Source of the DNA: a bacterium
GTDB lineage: Bacteria > Auribacterota > UBA6266
NCBI GenBank assembly: GCA_023228325.1
Contig: JALOBK010000001.1
Location: 1,596,111 to 1,660,110, forward strand
DNA length: 64,000 nt
Direction of reading: 5' to 3'
The translations under genes were made by a program, and so were the position numbers. Below are positions 39,457 to 47,834 of this stretch, piece by piece (position 1 is the stretch's first letter; the number at the start of each line of letters is the position of its first letter). The notes under the pieces were generated by a model. It saw only the letters and a list, made by a program, of their open reading frames with translations, ran no database searches and was not told where the DNA came from.

Positions 39457-40071
39457 ATGAAGAAGTTAGTAGGATTAGTGGTGCTGGCCCTGTTTTTACC
39501 TACGTTTGCGAGCGCGAATCTGCTTAGCAATGGAGGGTTTGAAACCGGTGATTTAAGCGGTTGGGACACATGGAACGAGGGAAATACACAGAGTTATGAC
39601 TGGGGACATAACGGCAGCAGCCACGCTGTAGGCGGCTGGTGGGCATTTTCCGGGTGGCAGCATATTGACGGTATTAATCCGGATGCTACATATACAGTCG
39701 GAGGTTATCTCTATGATGATGTAGCGGGCGGGGAAAGTATGCGCAATGGGGTTTATGCGAATCTGGAAGCCCAGTTTAAGAAGGCTGATGATTCGATAGT
39801 GGGAACATGGTCATCGGGAAATATCACGGGCGCCGATATGGTGGATGACGCGTGGAATGAATTTATTGCGCAGATTAAACCTTCCGATTACGGAACCGGT
39901 ATTACAAGGGTTACATTTAAATGGGAAATGAATAACAACGGTTCGGGAGACGGAAGAGGCGTATTTGATGACCTTACGGTTGAAGCTGTTCCTGAACCCG
40001 GCAGTATTGTCCTTTTAGGTATTGGGCTTGCTGGAATAATCAGTTTTTACGCTGGGAAAAGGGAAAAATAG
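39457..40071 (+). CDS. PEP-CTERM sorting-domain protein with CBM-like N-terminal module
   Basis: Signal peptide then 'ASANLLSNGGFETGDLSGWDTW'; C-terminus 'VPEPGSIVLLGIGLAGIISFYAGKREK'. Confidence 0.85.
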   Translation: MKKLVGLVVLALFLPTFASANLLSNGGFETGDLSGWDTWNEGNTQSYDWGHNGSSHAVGGWWAFSGWQHIDGINPDATYTVGGYLYDDVAGGESMRNGVYANLEAQFKKADDSIVGTWSSGNITGADMVDDAWNEFIAQIKPSDYGTGITRVTFKWEMNNNGSGDGRGVFDDLTVEAVPEPGSIVLLGIGLAGIISFYAGKREK

Positions 40072-40083
40072 GTTTAGTAACAG

Positions 40084-40115
40084 AAAAAAGCCGCTGAAAA
40101 CCAGCGGCTTTTTTC
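40084..40115. terminator. Bidirectional rho-independent terminator between convergent PEP-CTERM genes
   Basis: 'aaaaaagccgctg-aaaac-cagcggcttttttc': GC stem with A-run upstream and T-run downstream. Confidence 0.8.
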
Positions 40116-40137
40116 ATTTTTAGGGGGAAGGTAAATA

Positions 40138-40809
40138 CTACCTTCTTCTTTTGGAAATCAGTAAAAGTCCGGCAATACCCGCTCCGAAAAGAGCTATTGT
40201 GCCTGGTTCGGGAACGACACTTGTGGCGCCTATATTGTCTAATCCCCAGCTCACGCTTCCGCCTGCGGGAGCGGAAATAATAAAGTTAGCTGACGCGAAA
40301 TCGCCTGTCCAGATATTATTTCCGATGCCGGAATTGTCATCCACGAAGGCTGAAAATGGGATTATGACTTCCTGCCATCCTGTCCAGTTTATCGGCAGCC
40401 AAATACTTTCATCTTCAGTCCATTCCCCGTATTTGAACATATCTCCATCTTTTTCCTTTAACTCTATCTTCAGGCTTCCCCAGGATGAATCACCTTTCAC
40501 CAGCAGTCGCAGGGAATCATAAGCGCCGAGATCCATCTCTTTGTAATGTCCGGCTCCGCCGGTATAGTAGTTATAGTTATTGTCAGCGGCTTGAATATCA
40601 AGATAGTTGCTGCCCTGAGGGGCTCCGCTTGAAGATAGGGTTGGTGTAAATATGTCTCCGGTATCCGAATATTTCCACCAGTAGTTGGGAGCGCTGCTAT
40701 TTACCCAGTCGATTCCGCTTTCAAAGTCATCAAAGATGACATCGGCAGTTGCCGCTTGTGCTGCAACAGCGAATATCACAGCAAAGCATGTGAAAAACAG
40801 TTTCTGCAT
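40138..40809 (-). CDS. PEP-CTERM sorting-domain protein
   Basis: Signal peptide 'MQKLFFTCFAVIFAVAAQAATA'; C-terminus 'VPEPGTIALFGAGIAGLLLISKRRR'. Confidence 0.85.
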   Translation of the reverse strand: MQKLFFTCFAVIFAVAAQAATADVIFDDFESGIDWVNSSAPNYWWKYSDTGDIFTPTLSSSGAPQGSNYLDIQAADNNYNYYTGGAGHYKEMDLGAYDSLRLLVKGDSSWGSLKIELKEKDGDMFKYGEWTEDESIWLPINWTGWQEVIIPFSAFVDDNSGIGNNIWTGDFASANFIISAPAGGSVSWGLDNIGATSVVPEPGTIALFGAGIAGLLLISKRRR

Positions 40810-40852
40810 AAAACACCTCCTTTATATATAACAGGTTTACAACCGGTATACT

Positions 40853-40881
40853 ATACTAACACCGCATATTGATTTTGTCAA
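40853..40881 (-). promoter_or_regulatory. Sigma70-like promoter for PEP-CTERM gene 40138..40809
   Basis: On minus strand TTGACA - 17 nt - TAGTAT, about 45 nt upstream of ATG. Confidence 0.45.
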
Positions 40882-40962
40882 TAGGGTAATGTAAAATTTT
40901 TTGTCGTCGATAAAGATAAATTCATCTTGACAGATGGTAAAATTTCATTAGAATTTAAGTAT

Positions 40963-41033
40963 GAATGTAACCGATTACATTAAGTGTTTTGCCAGCTTTG
41001 TTTTTTATGTCTTAAATATGTAACCGTTTACAT
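40963..41033. promoter_or_regulatory. Two cre-like CG-centred palindromes (TGTAACCG[A/T]TTACA)
   Basis: 'aatgtaaccgattacatt' and 'atgtaaccgtttacat' ~54 bp apart, upstream of PEP-CTERM gene 41060; both fit the TGWAANCGNTNWCA pattern. Confidence 0.35.
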
Positions 41034-41059
41034 TTTTAAATGTGGGGAAAGGGGGAAAC

Positions 41060-41692
41060 ATGAGGAAAGTTTTATTTTCGGTTCTCGTAGGTGTTCTGTT
41101 TGTCCTTCCTGCATCAGCCCAGGCTAATATGCTTGATAACCCCGGGTTTGAATCGTGGGTCGATTATCAGGGAACAAATGTACCTGATAATTGGTGGCAT
41201 ATGTTTGGGGATGCTGATGTGGCAGGAACACAGAGCAGCAATGCAAAGTCGGGTTCTTCATCCGGGCAAATAACTATTACAGGTTCAGGATGGGGAGGCT
41301 GGGGCCAGTGGGTAAGCGAGACTGTGACAGCTGGACAAACTTTTTATGCTTACCAGCCTATTAATATTCCCACGGCGCTGGTAAATGCCGAAGCTGTTCT
41401 GGAGTTAAAATTCCAGGATAACGGCGGCGGAACAGTGGGAAGCGCGCTTCTTACTAACAGAACTACGGCAACAAACGGATGGGAAGCGCTTTCTTTAAGC
41501 GGAATAGCTCCTACAGGGGCAACAAAGCTTTCTTACACGGTTTTGGTGAGGGATACTGCGTCGAGTCCGAACGGGACGGTTTATTTTGACGATGCCTATG
41601 CAGATACACAGCCAGTTCCTGAGCCGGCAAGCTTATTGCTTCTCGGGTTGGGCCTTGCGGGTATTTTGGTATTTAAGAGAAACAGGGCGTAA
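41060..41692 (+). CDS. PEP-CTERM sorting-domain protein with CBM-like N-terminal module
   Basis: Signal peptide then 'AQANMLDNPGFESW'; C-terminus 'VPEPASLLLLGLGLAGILVFKRNRA'; GGGGGA RBS. Confidence 0.85.
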   Translation: MRKVLFSVLVGVLFVLPASAQANMLDNPGFESWVDYQGTNVPDNWWHMFGDADVAGTQSSNAKSGSSSGQITITGSGWGGWGQWVSETVTAGQTFYAYQPINIPTALVNAEAVLELKFQDNGGGTVGSALLTNRTTATNGWEALSLSGIAPTGATKLSYTVLVRDTASSPNGTVYFDDAYADTQPVPEPASLLLLGLGLAGILVFKRNRA

Positions 41693-41715
41693 TTCAGAGA
41701 TTCTTTACATTAGTA

Positions 41716-41748
41716 TGGGGAAGGGGAAATGCCCTTCCCCATTTTTTA
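41716..41748 (+). terminator. Rho-independent terminator after PEP-CTERM gene 41060..41692
   Basis: 'ggggaagggg-aaatg-cccttcccc' followed by 'attttttat'. Confidence 0.7.
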
Positions 41749-41797
41749 TGTCTTGATGCAGATATAACATCATAGTATAATATTAATTACAAATGAG

Positions 41798-42256
41798 ATG
41801 AAACTATTTCTGAAAACGTTAGCCGTTATTTTTTTTGTATTATATGTTTCTACCTGTATGGCTGCTTTCGAATATTTATATACAAGTGATATATCAGGGA
41901 ACCCAAAATCGGAATTTGGAATTGAAGAAACTCCTTATATTCATCTTAGTCTTCCCAGAGATGGTTCAGCCTTTCTTGCCTCCTGGTGGTTAAGCCCCGG
42001 TATCGTGTCACACTTTGACGGAGGAAGGGTATCCGCTCAAAGAGAATTAATAATTAGTGTCAGCGGCTGGAGTGATATAGTGGAAACAGGAAGGTGGAAT
42101 ATCAATGCCCTTTATTTTTTCCCGAATAACGGCGACACAGGTTCAGGTACCGTTTTTTTTGATGTAGTCCCCGAAATCAGCACAATCATTTCATTTCTTG
42201 CTTGTCTTTTTCTTCCGGTTCTTAAAAATTTTCCCCGCAGTAATATTTTGCTGTAA
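41798..42256 (+). CDS. Secreted hypothetical protein with degenerate PEP-CTERM-like C-terminus
   Basis: Signal peptide; C-terminus 'VVPEISTIISFLACLFLPVLKNFPRSNILL' has VPE + hydrophobic helix but lacks the Arg/Lys-rich tail. Confidence 0.45.
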   Translation: MKLFLKTLAVIFFVLYVSTCMAAFEYLYTSDISGNPKSEFGIEETPYIHLSLPRDGSAFLASWWLSPGIVSHFDGGRVSAQRELIISVSGWSDIVETGRWNINALYFFPNNGDTGSGTVFFDVVPEISTIISFLACLFLPVLKNFPRSNILL

Positions 42257-42342
42257 TATTACTTGCCTGATAAAACCATTCTGGTAAAATGAGCTGGTTA
42301 TGGCCTTGTCCGATGTAAATAAGATAAGGATTGAGTTCAAAG

Positions 42343-43131
42343 ATGAAAAGAACCGGAATAATTACGCTTTTAACTGATTTCGGCAGTAAAGATTTTTATG
42401 TTGCTGCCATGAAAGGTTCGATATTAAGCATAAGCGATGAAGTGCGTATTGTGGACATCACTCACAATATGGAACCGGGGAATATAGAAGAAGGCGCGTA
42501 TACCTTGTTTAATGTATATTCGGATTTTCCCGCCGGTACTATCCATGTAGCGGTAGTAGATCCATCGGTAGGCGGAAAAAGAAGACAGTTAATTATCCAA
42601 ACGAACAACTATTTTTTTATCGGGCCGGATAACGGTTTATTATACCCTTCGGCCGCCAAAGACACTGTTAAAAGAGCGGTTGAAATCAGTAATACTGAAT
42701 ATATGCGCTTGCCTGTTTCAGATACTTTTCACGGGAGAGATATCTTTGCGCCCGCGTCTGCGTGGCTCAGCAACGGGGTTGATATATCCGAGTTCGGTCC
42801 GGAAATTATGGATATACGTATATTAGAATTCAAAAAACCGGAATACAGGGATGACAAACTGTATTTAAAGGCAGTGAATATAGATGTTTTTGGCAATATA
42901 ACTACCAATCTCGGTAAAGATTTCATTATGTCTTTGAATAAAAATTTGCCCGCGAAAGTTAAAATACAATCCATGGATATTTTTTGCGGAAAAATATACT
43001 CCGATGTCAAAAAAGGGGAATTGGTTTGCTATTGGAACAGCAACGCGATGCTTGAAATAGCCGCTAATTGCGGAAACGCCGCGGAAATGTTATCTTTGAA
43101 AAAAAATGATAATATAATAATTCAATTATAG
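42343..43131 (+). CDS. SAM hydroxide adenosyltransferase family protein (DUF62; fluorinase/chlorinase superfamily)
   Basis: 'IITLLTDFGSKDFYVAAMKGSILSI', 'DITHN', 'VAVVDPSVGGKRR' are hallmark motifs; ORF-track TTG start 42331, ATG 42343 preferred. Confidence 0.8.
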   Translation: MKRTGIITLLTDFGSKDFYVAAMKGSILSISDEVRIVDITHNMEPGNIEEGAYTLFNVYSDFPAGTIHVAVVDPSVGGKRRQLIIQTNNYFFIGPDNGLLYPSAAKDTVKRAVEISNTEYMRLPVSDTFHGRDIFAPASAWLSNGVDISEFGPEIMDIRILEFKKPEYRDDKLYLKAVNIDVFGNITTNLGKDFIMSLNKNLPAKVKIQSMDIFCGKIYSDVKKGELVCYWNSNAMLEIAANCGNAAEMLSLKKNDNIIIQL

Positions 43132-43152
43132 TTGATATATACGGGAGGAAGC

Positions 43153-44541
43153 ATGGTAAAAGACATATTGTTTGATTTTAACAATTCGCTTGCGGATATT
43201 GTCGGTCGGGATGATGGATTCGGCAGAGAAGATATTGAATCAATGGATGGAAAAATATCAGGAGCGATTTCAAGGATAGAGACTATCCGGAAAGAGGGGA
43301 ATCCCGGTTTTGTAAGACTTCCTTTCAGCCGCGATGTCGCTTCTGAAATAAGCGCGTTTGCCGAATCCATAAGGGATAACTATGAAAACTTTGTTGTTTT
43401 GGGTATAGGAGGGTCGGCGCTTGGAAACATAGCTTTAAACACGGCGTTAACGGATCCCTATAAACGCAAAAAAGGGTTTCCGAAACTTTTTGTGATGGAT
43501 AATATTGATCCTGAGATATTCAGTTCTTTGCTTGAAGGGATCGATTTAAAGAAAACGGTATTTAATGTAATAACAAAATCCGGAGGCACATCCGAGACAA
43601 TGTCCCAGTTTCTTATTGTTAAGTCGATGCTGGAAAAAATGTACGGGTCAAAATACAAAGAACACATTATAGCGACAACAGATCCTGAAAAAGGGGATTT
43701 AAAGACTATTGCAGAAGAAGAAGGATATAAAACTTTTTATATTCCGCAAAATGTCGGAGGAAGGTTTTCAGTGCTTTCTCCTGTGGGGCTTTTGTCAGCT
43801 GCGATAACCGGTATTGATATTCATGAGCTTCTTGCCGGAGCAGAGAAAATGGAAACACGCTGCGGGGAACGGGATTATTTTCTGAACCCGGCCTATATGT
43901 ATGCCATACTGCACTATATTCTCGATGTTAAAAAGAATAAAAAGATTTCGGTTATGATGCCTTATTCAACAAAATTGAGAGATATTGCCGATTGGTACAG
44001 GCAGCTTTGGGCCGAGAGCCTGGGCAAAACAAGGATTGTGGAAGGGAATTCGCTTTTTGTCGGGCAAACTCCCGTCAAAGCGCTTGGGGCGACTGACCAG
44101 CATTCGCAGGTCCAACTGTATGTGGAAGGCCCTAACGATAAATATTTCGTATTTGTCGGAGTAAAAAAATTCGCCAAAGACATTAAAATCCCCGCCGGTT
44201 TTGAAAGCAAAAAAAGTATAAATTACTTATCCGGGCATACTATGGGCGAACTTTTCCATGCTGAACAGAAAGCGACAACGCTTGCTTTAACAAAAGCAAA
44301 ACGCCCTAATTCGACAATATGGCTTCCTGAAATATCTGAAAATTCAATCGGGCAGTTGTTATATATGCTTGAGCTTGCCACCGCCTTTGCGGGCTATCTT
44401 CTTGAAATAGATCCTTTTAATCAGCCCGGTGTTGAGGAAGGGAAGAAATTGACATATGCGTTGATGGGGCGCCCAGGTTTTGAGGAAAAGAAAGCGGAAA
44501 TAGAGAAAATAGGGAAACCGGATCCAAGGTATATTATATAA
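43153..44541 (+). CDS. pgi: Glucose-6-phosphate isomerase (short bacterial/archaeal type)
   Basis: 'GIGGSALG' and 'GGRFSVLSPVGLLSAAITGIDI' SIS-domain motifs; ~460 aa; GGGAGG RBS before ATG 43153. Confidence 0.85.
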   Translation: MVKDILFDFNNSLADIVGRDDGFGREDIESMDGKISGAISRIETIRKEGNPGFVRLPFSRDVASEISAFAESIRDNYENFVVLGIGGSALGNIALNTALTDPYKRKKGFPKLFVMDNIDPEIFSSLLEGIDLKKTVFNVITKSGGTSETMSQFLIVKSMLEKMYGSKYKEHIIATTDPEKGDLKTIAEEEGYKTFYIPQNVGGRFSVLSPVGLLSAAITGIDIHELLAGAEKMETRCGERDYFLNPAYMYAILHYILDVKKNKKISVMMPYSTKLRDIADWYRQLWAESLGKTRIVEGNSLFVGQTPVKALGATDQHSQVQLYVEGPNDKYFVFVGVKKFAKDIKIPAGFESKKSINYLSGHTMGELFHAEQKATTLALTKAKRPNSTIWLPEISENSIGQLLYMLELATAFAGYLLEIDPFNQPGVEEGKKLTYALMGRPGFEEKKAEIEKIGKPDPRYII

Positions 44542-44679
44542 AAAGGGGGGAGTTGCTGAGTTACTAAGTATATTATTGTAGAAATCAAAACTTAATAACT
44601 TAATAACAAATAACTCAATAACTAAATAATAACCTGTTTTTCAAGTCTTGACTGTCAGAAAACAGGATTATAGTATTAG

Positions 44680-45084
44680 ATGAAAATCATGGAGGTGAAT
44701 AAGGTGACAAAAGGCCAAAAGATAGAATTTAAATGTGTCAGCAAAGATTGCGAGGGTTCAATTGCTTTTCTTGTCCCCCAGATAAAGAAAAACAGCGTCC
44801 TGAAATGTGATAAGTGCGGAAATGAATATAAATTCGACCGGGACCTTATTTCCAAACTGGAGATGTTTGACCATCTGGTTAGGGCTGTAAGCGATGCAAA
44901 ATCGATTCTCGGAGATACTAATGTTGCGATAGATTTTGAAGGCCATAATCTTAAGGTTCCCTACAGGCTTCTGCTGACCAGATTAAGCACTTCTTTGAAA
45001 TTGGATATTGGCGGGCAGACGGTGGATTTTTCTTTCAGGGTGGAACCGTTGAAAGATGAAGACCTGAAAAAATGGAGCAGCTGA
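44680..45084 (+). CDS. Hypothetical small protein with N-terminal zinc-ribbon-like Cys pairs
   Basis: 'CVSKDC...CDKCGNEY' (C-x4-C ... C-x2-C); flanked by AT-rich repeat-bearing spacers; alternative GTG start at 44704 after GGAGG. Confidence 0.45.
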   Translation: MKIMEVNKVTKGQKIEFKCVSKDCEGSIAFLVPQIKKNSVLKCDKCGNEYKFDRDLISKLEMFDHLVRAVSDAKSILGDTNVAIDFEGHNLKVPYRLLLTRLSTSLKLDIGGQTVDFSFRVEPLKDEDLKKWSS

Positions 45085-45200
45085 TAGAAAGTTAAACGGT
45101 TAAGATAGTTGAACAGTTCAGTAGTTAAAAGAATAAAAATAAAAATAAAATTAAAAACTATTCAACTGCTAAACCATTAAACTAGTGAACTATATTAATT

Positions 45201-45743
45201 ATGAAAAACGGTATTAAAATCACATTAACTCTTTCAATTATATGCCTTATTGCGGGTTTATGCCTTGGCGTTGTTTATAAACAGTCAAGGCCATCCATTG
45301 AAGCCCGGCAGAAAGCAGATGAAGAGAAAAGGCTAAGGGAAATATTTCCTGAAGCGGACGATTTTGAGGAAAAAACCGGCAATTTGCCCAAAATAGTTGA
45401 AAAATATTTTCTTGTTAGAGAAAAAGGGAAACTTCTGGGATATGTTTTTATCTGCTCTGATTACGGTTACTCCAGCGATATTGAACTTATGATAGGTGTG
45501 GATGGCAAAGGCGATGTTGCCGGAGTTAAAGTTTTATCTCAATCTGAAACCCCGGGGTTGGGAACAAGGATAGGAAACCCGGATTTTATCAACCAGTTTG
45601 AAGGCTGGAATTATGACTCATATCAATCAGGTAAAGCGAAGTTCGATTCCATTACCGGCTGTACTATTTCTTCAAAAGCCGTTCTGAACGAGATTATTGC
45701 AGCTATGGAGTTATGGAGAAAACTTGGGGAAAAGCAAAAATAA
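45201..45743 (+). CDS. FMN-binding domain protein (RnfG/NqrC-like), membrane-anchored
   Basis: N-terminal TM helix; 'SQSETPGLGTRI' and 'DSITGCTISSKAV' resemble the FMN_bind domain including the flavinylation-site region; stop overlaps downstream start (TAAATG). Confidence 0.7.
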   Translation: MKNGIKITLTLSIICLIAGLCLGVVYKQSRPSIEARQKADEEKRLREIFPEADDFEEKTGNLPKIVEKYFLVREKGKLLGYVFICSDYGYSSDIELMIGVDGKGDVAGVKVLSQSETPGLGTRIGNPDFINQFEGWNYDSYQSGKAKFDSITGCTISSKAVLNEIIAAMELWRKLGEKQK

Positions 45744-47507
45744 ATGCCATTTTCAGATTTTTATTTAGTCGAAAAGGAAATCCTTCCTTTTGTAGAGAAA
45801 CCCGCCAGATATATCGGCGGTGAGATTAATTCCTCCGAAAAACCGTTTGATACCGAAAACATAAACCTGTGCCTCGCGTTTCCGGATATTTACGAAATAG
45901 GCATGAGTAATTTAGGCAACAGGATTTTATACAGTATCGTCAATAACAGGGAAGGTTTTTCCGCCGAACGAGTTTATTGCCCGTGGAAAGATATGCAGTC
46001 TGAAATGGAAAAAAGAGATATTAGACTTTTTTCCCTGGAAAATAAGGTTCCGGTTAAGGATTTTGATATTGTCGGGTTTTCATTGCAGTATGAGCTTTGT
46101 ATTACGAATGTGCTTTGTATGCTGAATCATGCGGGAATCCCCCTGTTTTCTAAAGACAGGGTTGAGGGCGCGCCTATAATAATTGCCGGGGGATCTTGTG
46201 TGTCTCAACCGGAGCCTTACGCGGATATATTTGATGTTATGATTCCCGGAGACGGGGAAACGGCCATATTGGGGTTTCTGGAGTGGTTTAAAAAGAACAG
46301 GGATCTAATATTATCCGATAGGAAAAGAGCTTTAAAAAGATTATCGGAAGAGAATAGTTATGCTTATGTTCCTCAGTTTAAGATTGAAGGCAGGAAGATC
46401 AGGAAGAATGTAGAGAACAAAGTTTTTACGGATAATTTGTCCGGAATTATTATACCGAATATACGGACTGTCCATGACAGGGTGGTTGTTGAAATAATGA
46501 GAGGATGCGCCAGAGGGTGCAGGTTTTGCCAGCCCGGAATGATTAACAGGCCGTTAAGGGAAAAGAATATTGCTGAAATAGCTGAAGAGGCGGAAAAAAA
46601 AATTAATGACAGCGGCTATGAAGAAATATCCCTTCTTTCGCTGTCTTCGGGGGATTACAGAAACATTAAAGAACTTTGTGAGAGCCTTAACCGGATATTT
46701 TCCCGAAAGAATGTGTCTGTAAGCCTTCCTTCGCTGAGATGTGATTCATTTTGCGTAGATCTTGCCGACCAGGTCAGCAGGACAAGAAAAAGCGGTTTGA
46801 CTTTTGCCCCCGAAGCGGGAACGGAGCGCCTGAGAAAAATATTAAATAAAGATTTATCGGATGAAGAAATAGTCAATTCCTGCCTGTATGCTTTTGAAAA
46901 AGGATGGAAACTGGTTAAGCTTTATTTTATGGTGGGGCTTCCTTTTGAAACAGATGACGATATTGATGCGATAGGTTTACTTGCGGAGAGGATACTTTCC
47001 TGCGCCGGGAAGGCCGGGCACAGGGGAATAAAACTTAATATCGCCGTCTCAAACTTTGTTCCCAAAGCCCACACTCCGTTCCAGTGGGAGGAAATGAACA
47101 GCGTTGAAGTTCTCAGGATTAAGCACCGCAGGGTTAGAAATGCGGTGAAAAGCAAAAAAATAAAGCTCAGTTTTCATAATCCCGAAATGAGTTTTCTGGA
47201 ATCTTTATTTGCGCGCGGCGACAGAAAGCTGCTGCGGGTTGCTGTCAGAGCGGTGGAAATGGGCGCGGGTTTTGACCAATGGACTGACCGTTTTGATTAT
47301 AGTATATGGAAAAAGGCTTTTTCTGAATGTAAAATTGAAATGAAGACAGCTGTGATGCCCGGGGATATTCTTCCATGGAGCCACATGGATTATGGCGTAA
47401 ATGAGCAATATCTGTTATCCGAGAGGGTAAAAGCCGGCACGGGACAGTTGACGCCTGATTGCAGAGCGACCGGTATTTGCGGCAATTGCGGGGTGGCCTG
47501 TCCATAA
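45744..47507 (+). CDS. Radical SAM protein with N-terminal B12-binding-like domain (TIGR03960-type)
   Basis: 587 aa; radical SAM cluster motif 'CARGCRFC'; N-terminal domain consistent with cobalamin-binding fold; C-terminal Cys cluster 'CRATGICGNCGVAC'. Confidence 0.85.
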   Translation: MPFSDFYLVEKEILPFVEKPARYIGGEINSSEKPFDTENINLCLAFPDIYEIGMSNLGNRILYSIVNNREGFSAERVYCPWKDMQSEMEKRDIRLFSLENKVPVKDFDIVGFSLQYELCITNVLCMLNHAGIPLFSKDRVEGAPIIIAGGSCVSQPEPYADIFDVMIPGDGETAILGFLEWFKKNRDLILSDRKRALKRLSEENSYAYVPQFKIEGRKIRKNVENKVFTDNLSGIIIPNIRTVHDRVVVEIMRGCARGCRFCQPGMINRPLREKNIAEIAEEAEKKINDSGYEEISLLSLSSGDYRNIKELCESLNRIFSRKNVSVSLPSLRCDSFCVDLADQVSRTRKSGLTFAPEAGTERLRKILNKDLSDEEIVNSCLYAFEKGWKLVKLYFMVGLPFETDDDIDAIGLLAERILSCAGKAGHRGIKLNIAVSNFVPKAHTPFQWEEMNSVEVLRIKHRRVRNAVKSKKIKLSFHNPEMSFLESLFARGDRKLLRVAVRAVEMGAGFDQWTDRFDYSIWKKAFSECKIEMKTAVMPGDILPWSHMDYGVNEQYLLSERVKAGTGQLTPDCRATGICGNCGVACP

Positions 47508-47834
47508 TTAATTGACAATAAGGCGGTTTTGTAGTTTAATAAAATATCATTTTAAATGGAAAGGTATCTGTTGGGTGCCTTAAAGGATAAAGGTTTATAT
47601 ATTATGATAGAGCACAATAAATTAATATTAAATGAAAATTGTGCCGGAAAATTTTTTCTAAATGACTTTATTTATGTTGATTTTAATTTTGTTTTGTCTG
47701 GAAAATACCGTTGCCGGTTGGAAAAACGGGTTGCGTCTGATTCAAAATTTGCTTGAACAGCAATAATACGTCATTTCTGAAAATTATCCTTCATAAAGCC
47801 TTTATTCCCGCACAAACAGATCGTATATCGTAAG

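Noticed and set aside
44590-44640. Tandem TAATAACT repeats considered as a possible CRISPR array or minisatellite
   Set aside because: Units are only 7-8 bp with no spacer-sized unique segments and no cas genes nearby; this is not a CRISPR array.
47556-47756. 66-aa ORF in the gap between the radical SAM gene and its partner
   Set aside because: No Shine-Dalgarno sequence and no recognisable features; kept only as a possibility under the gap finding.
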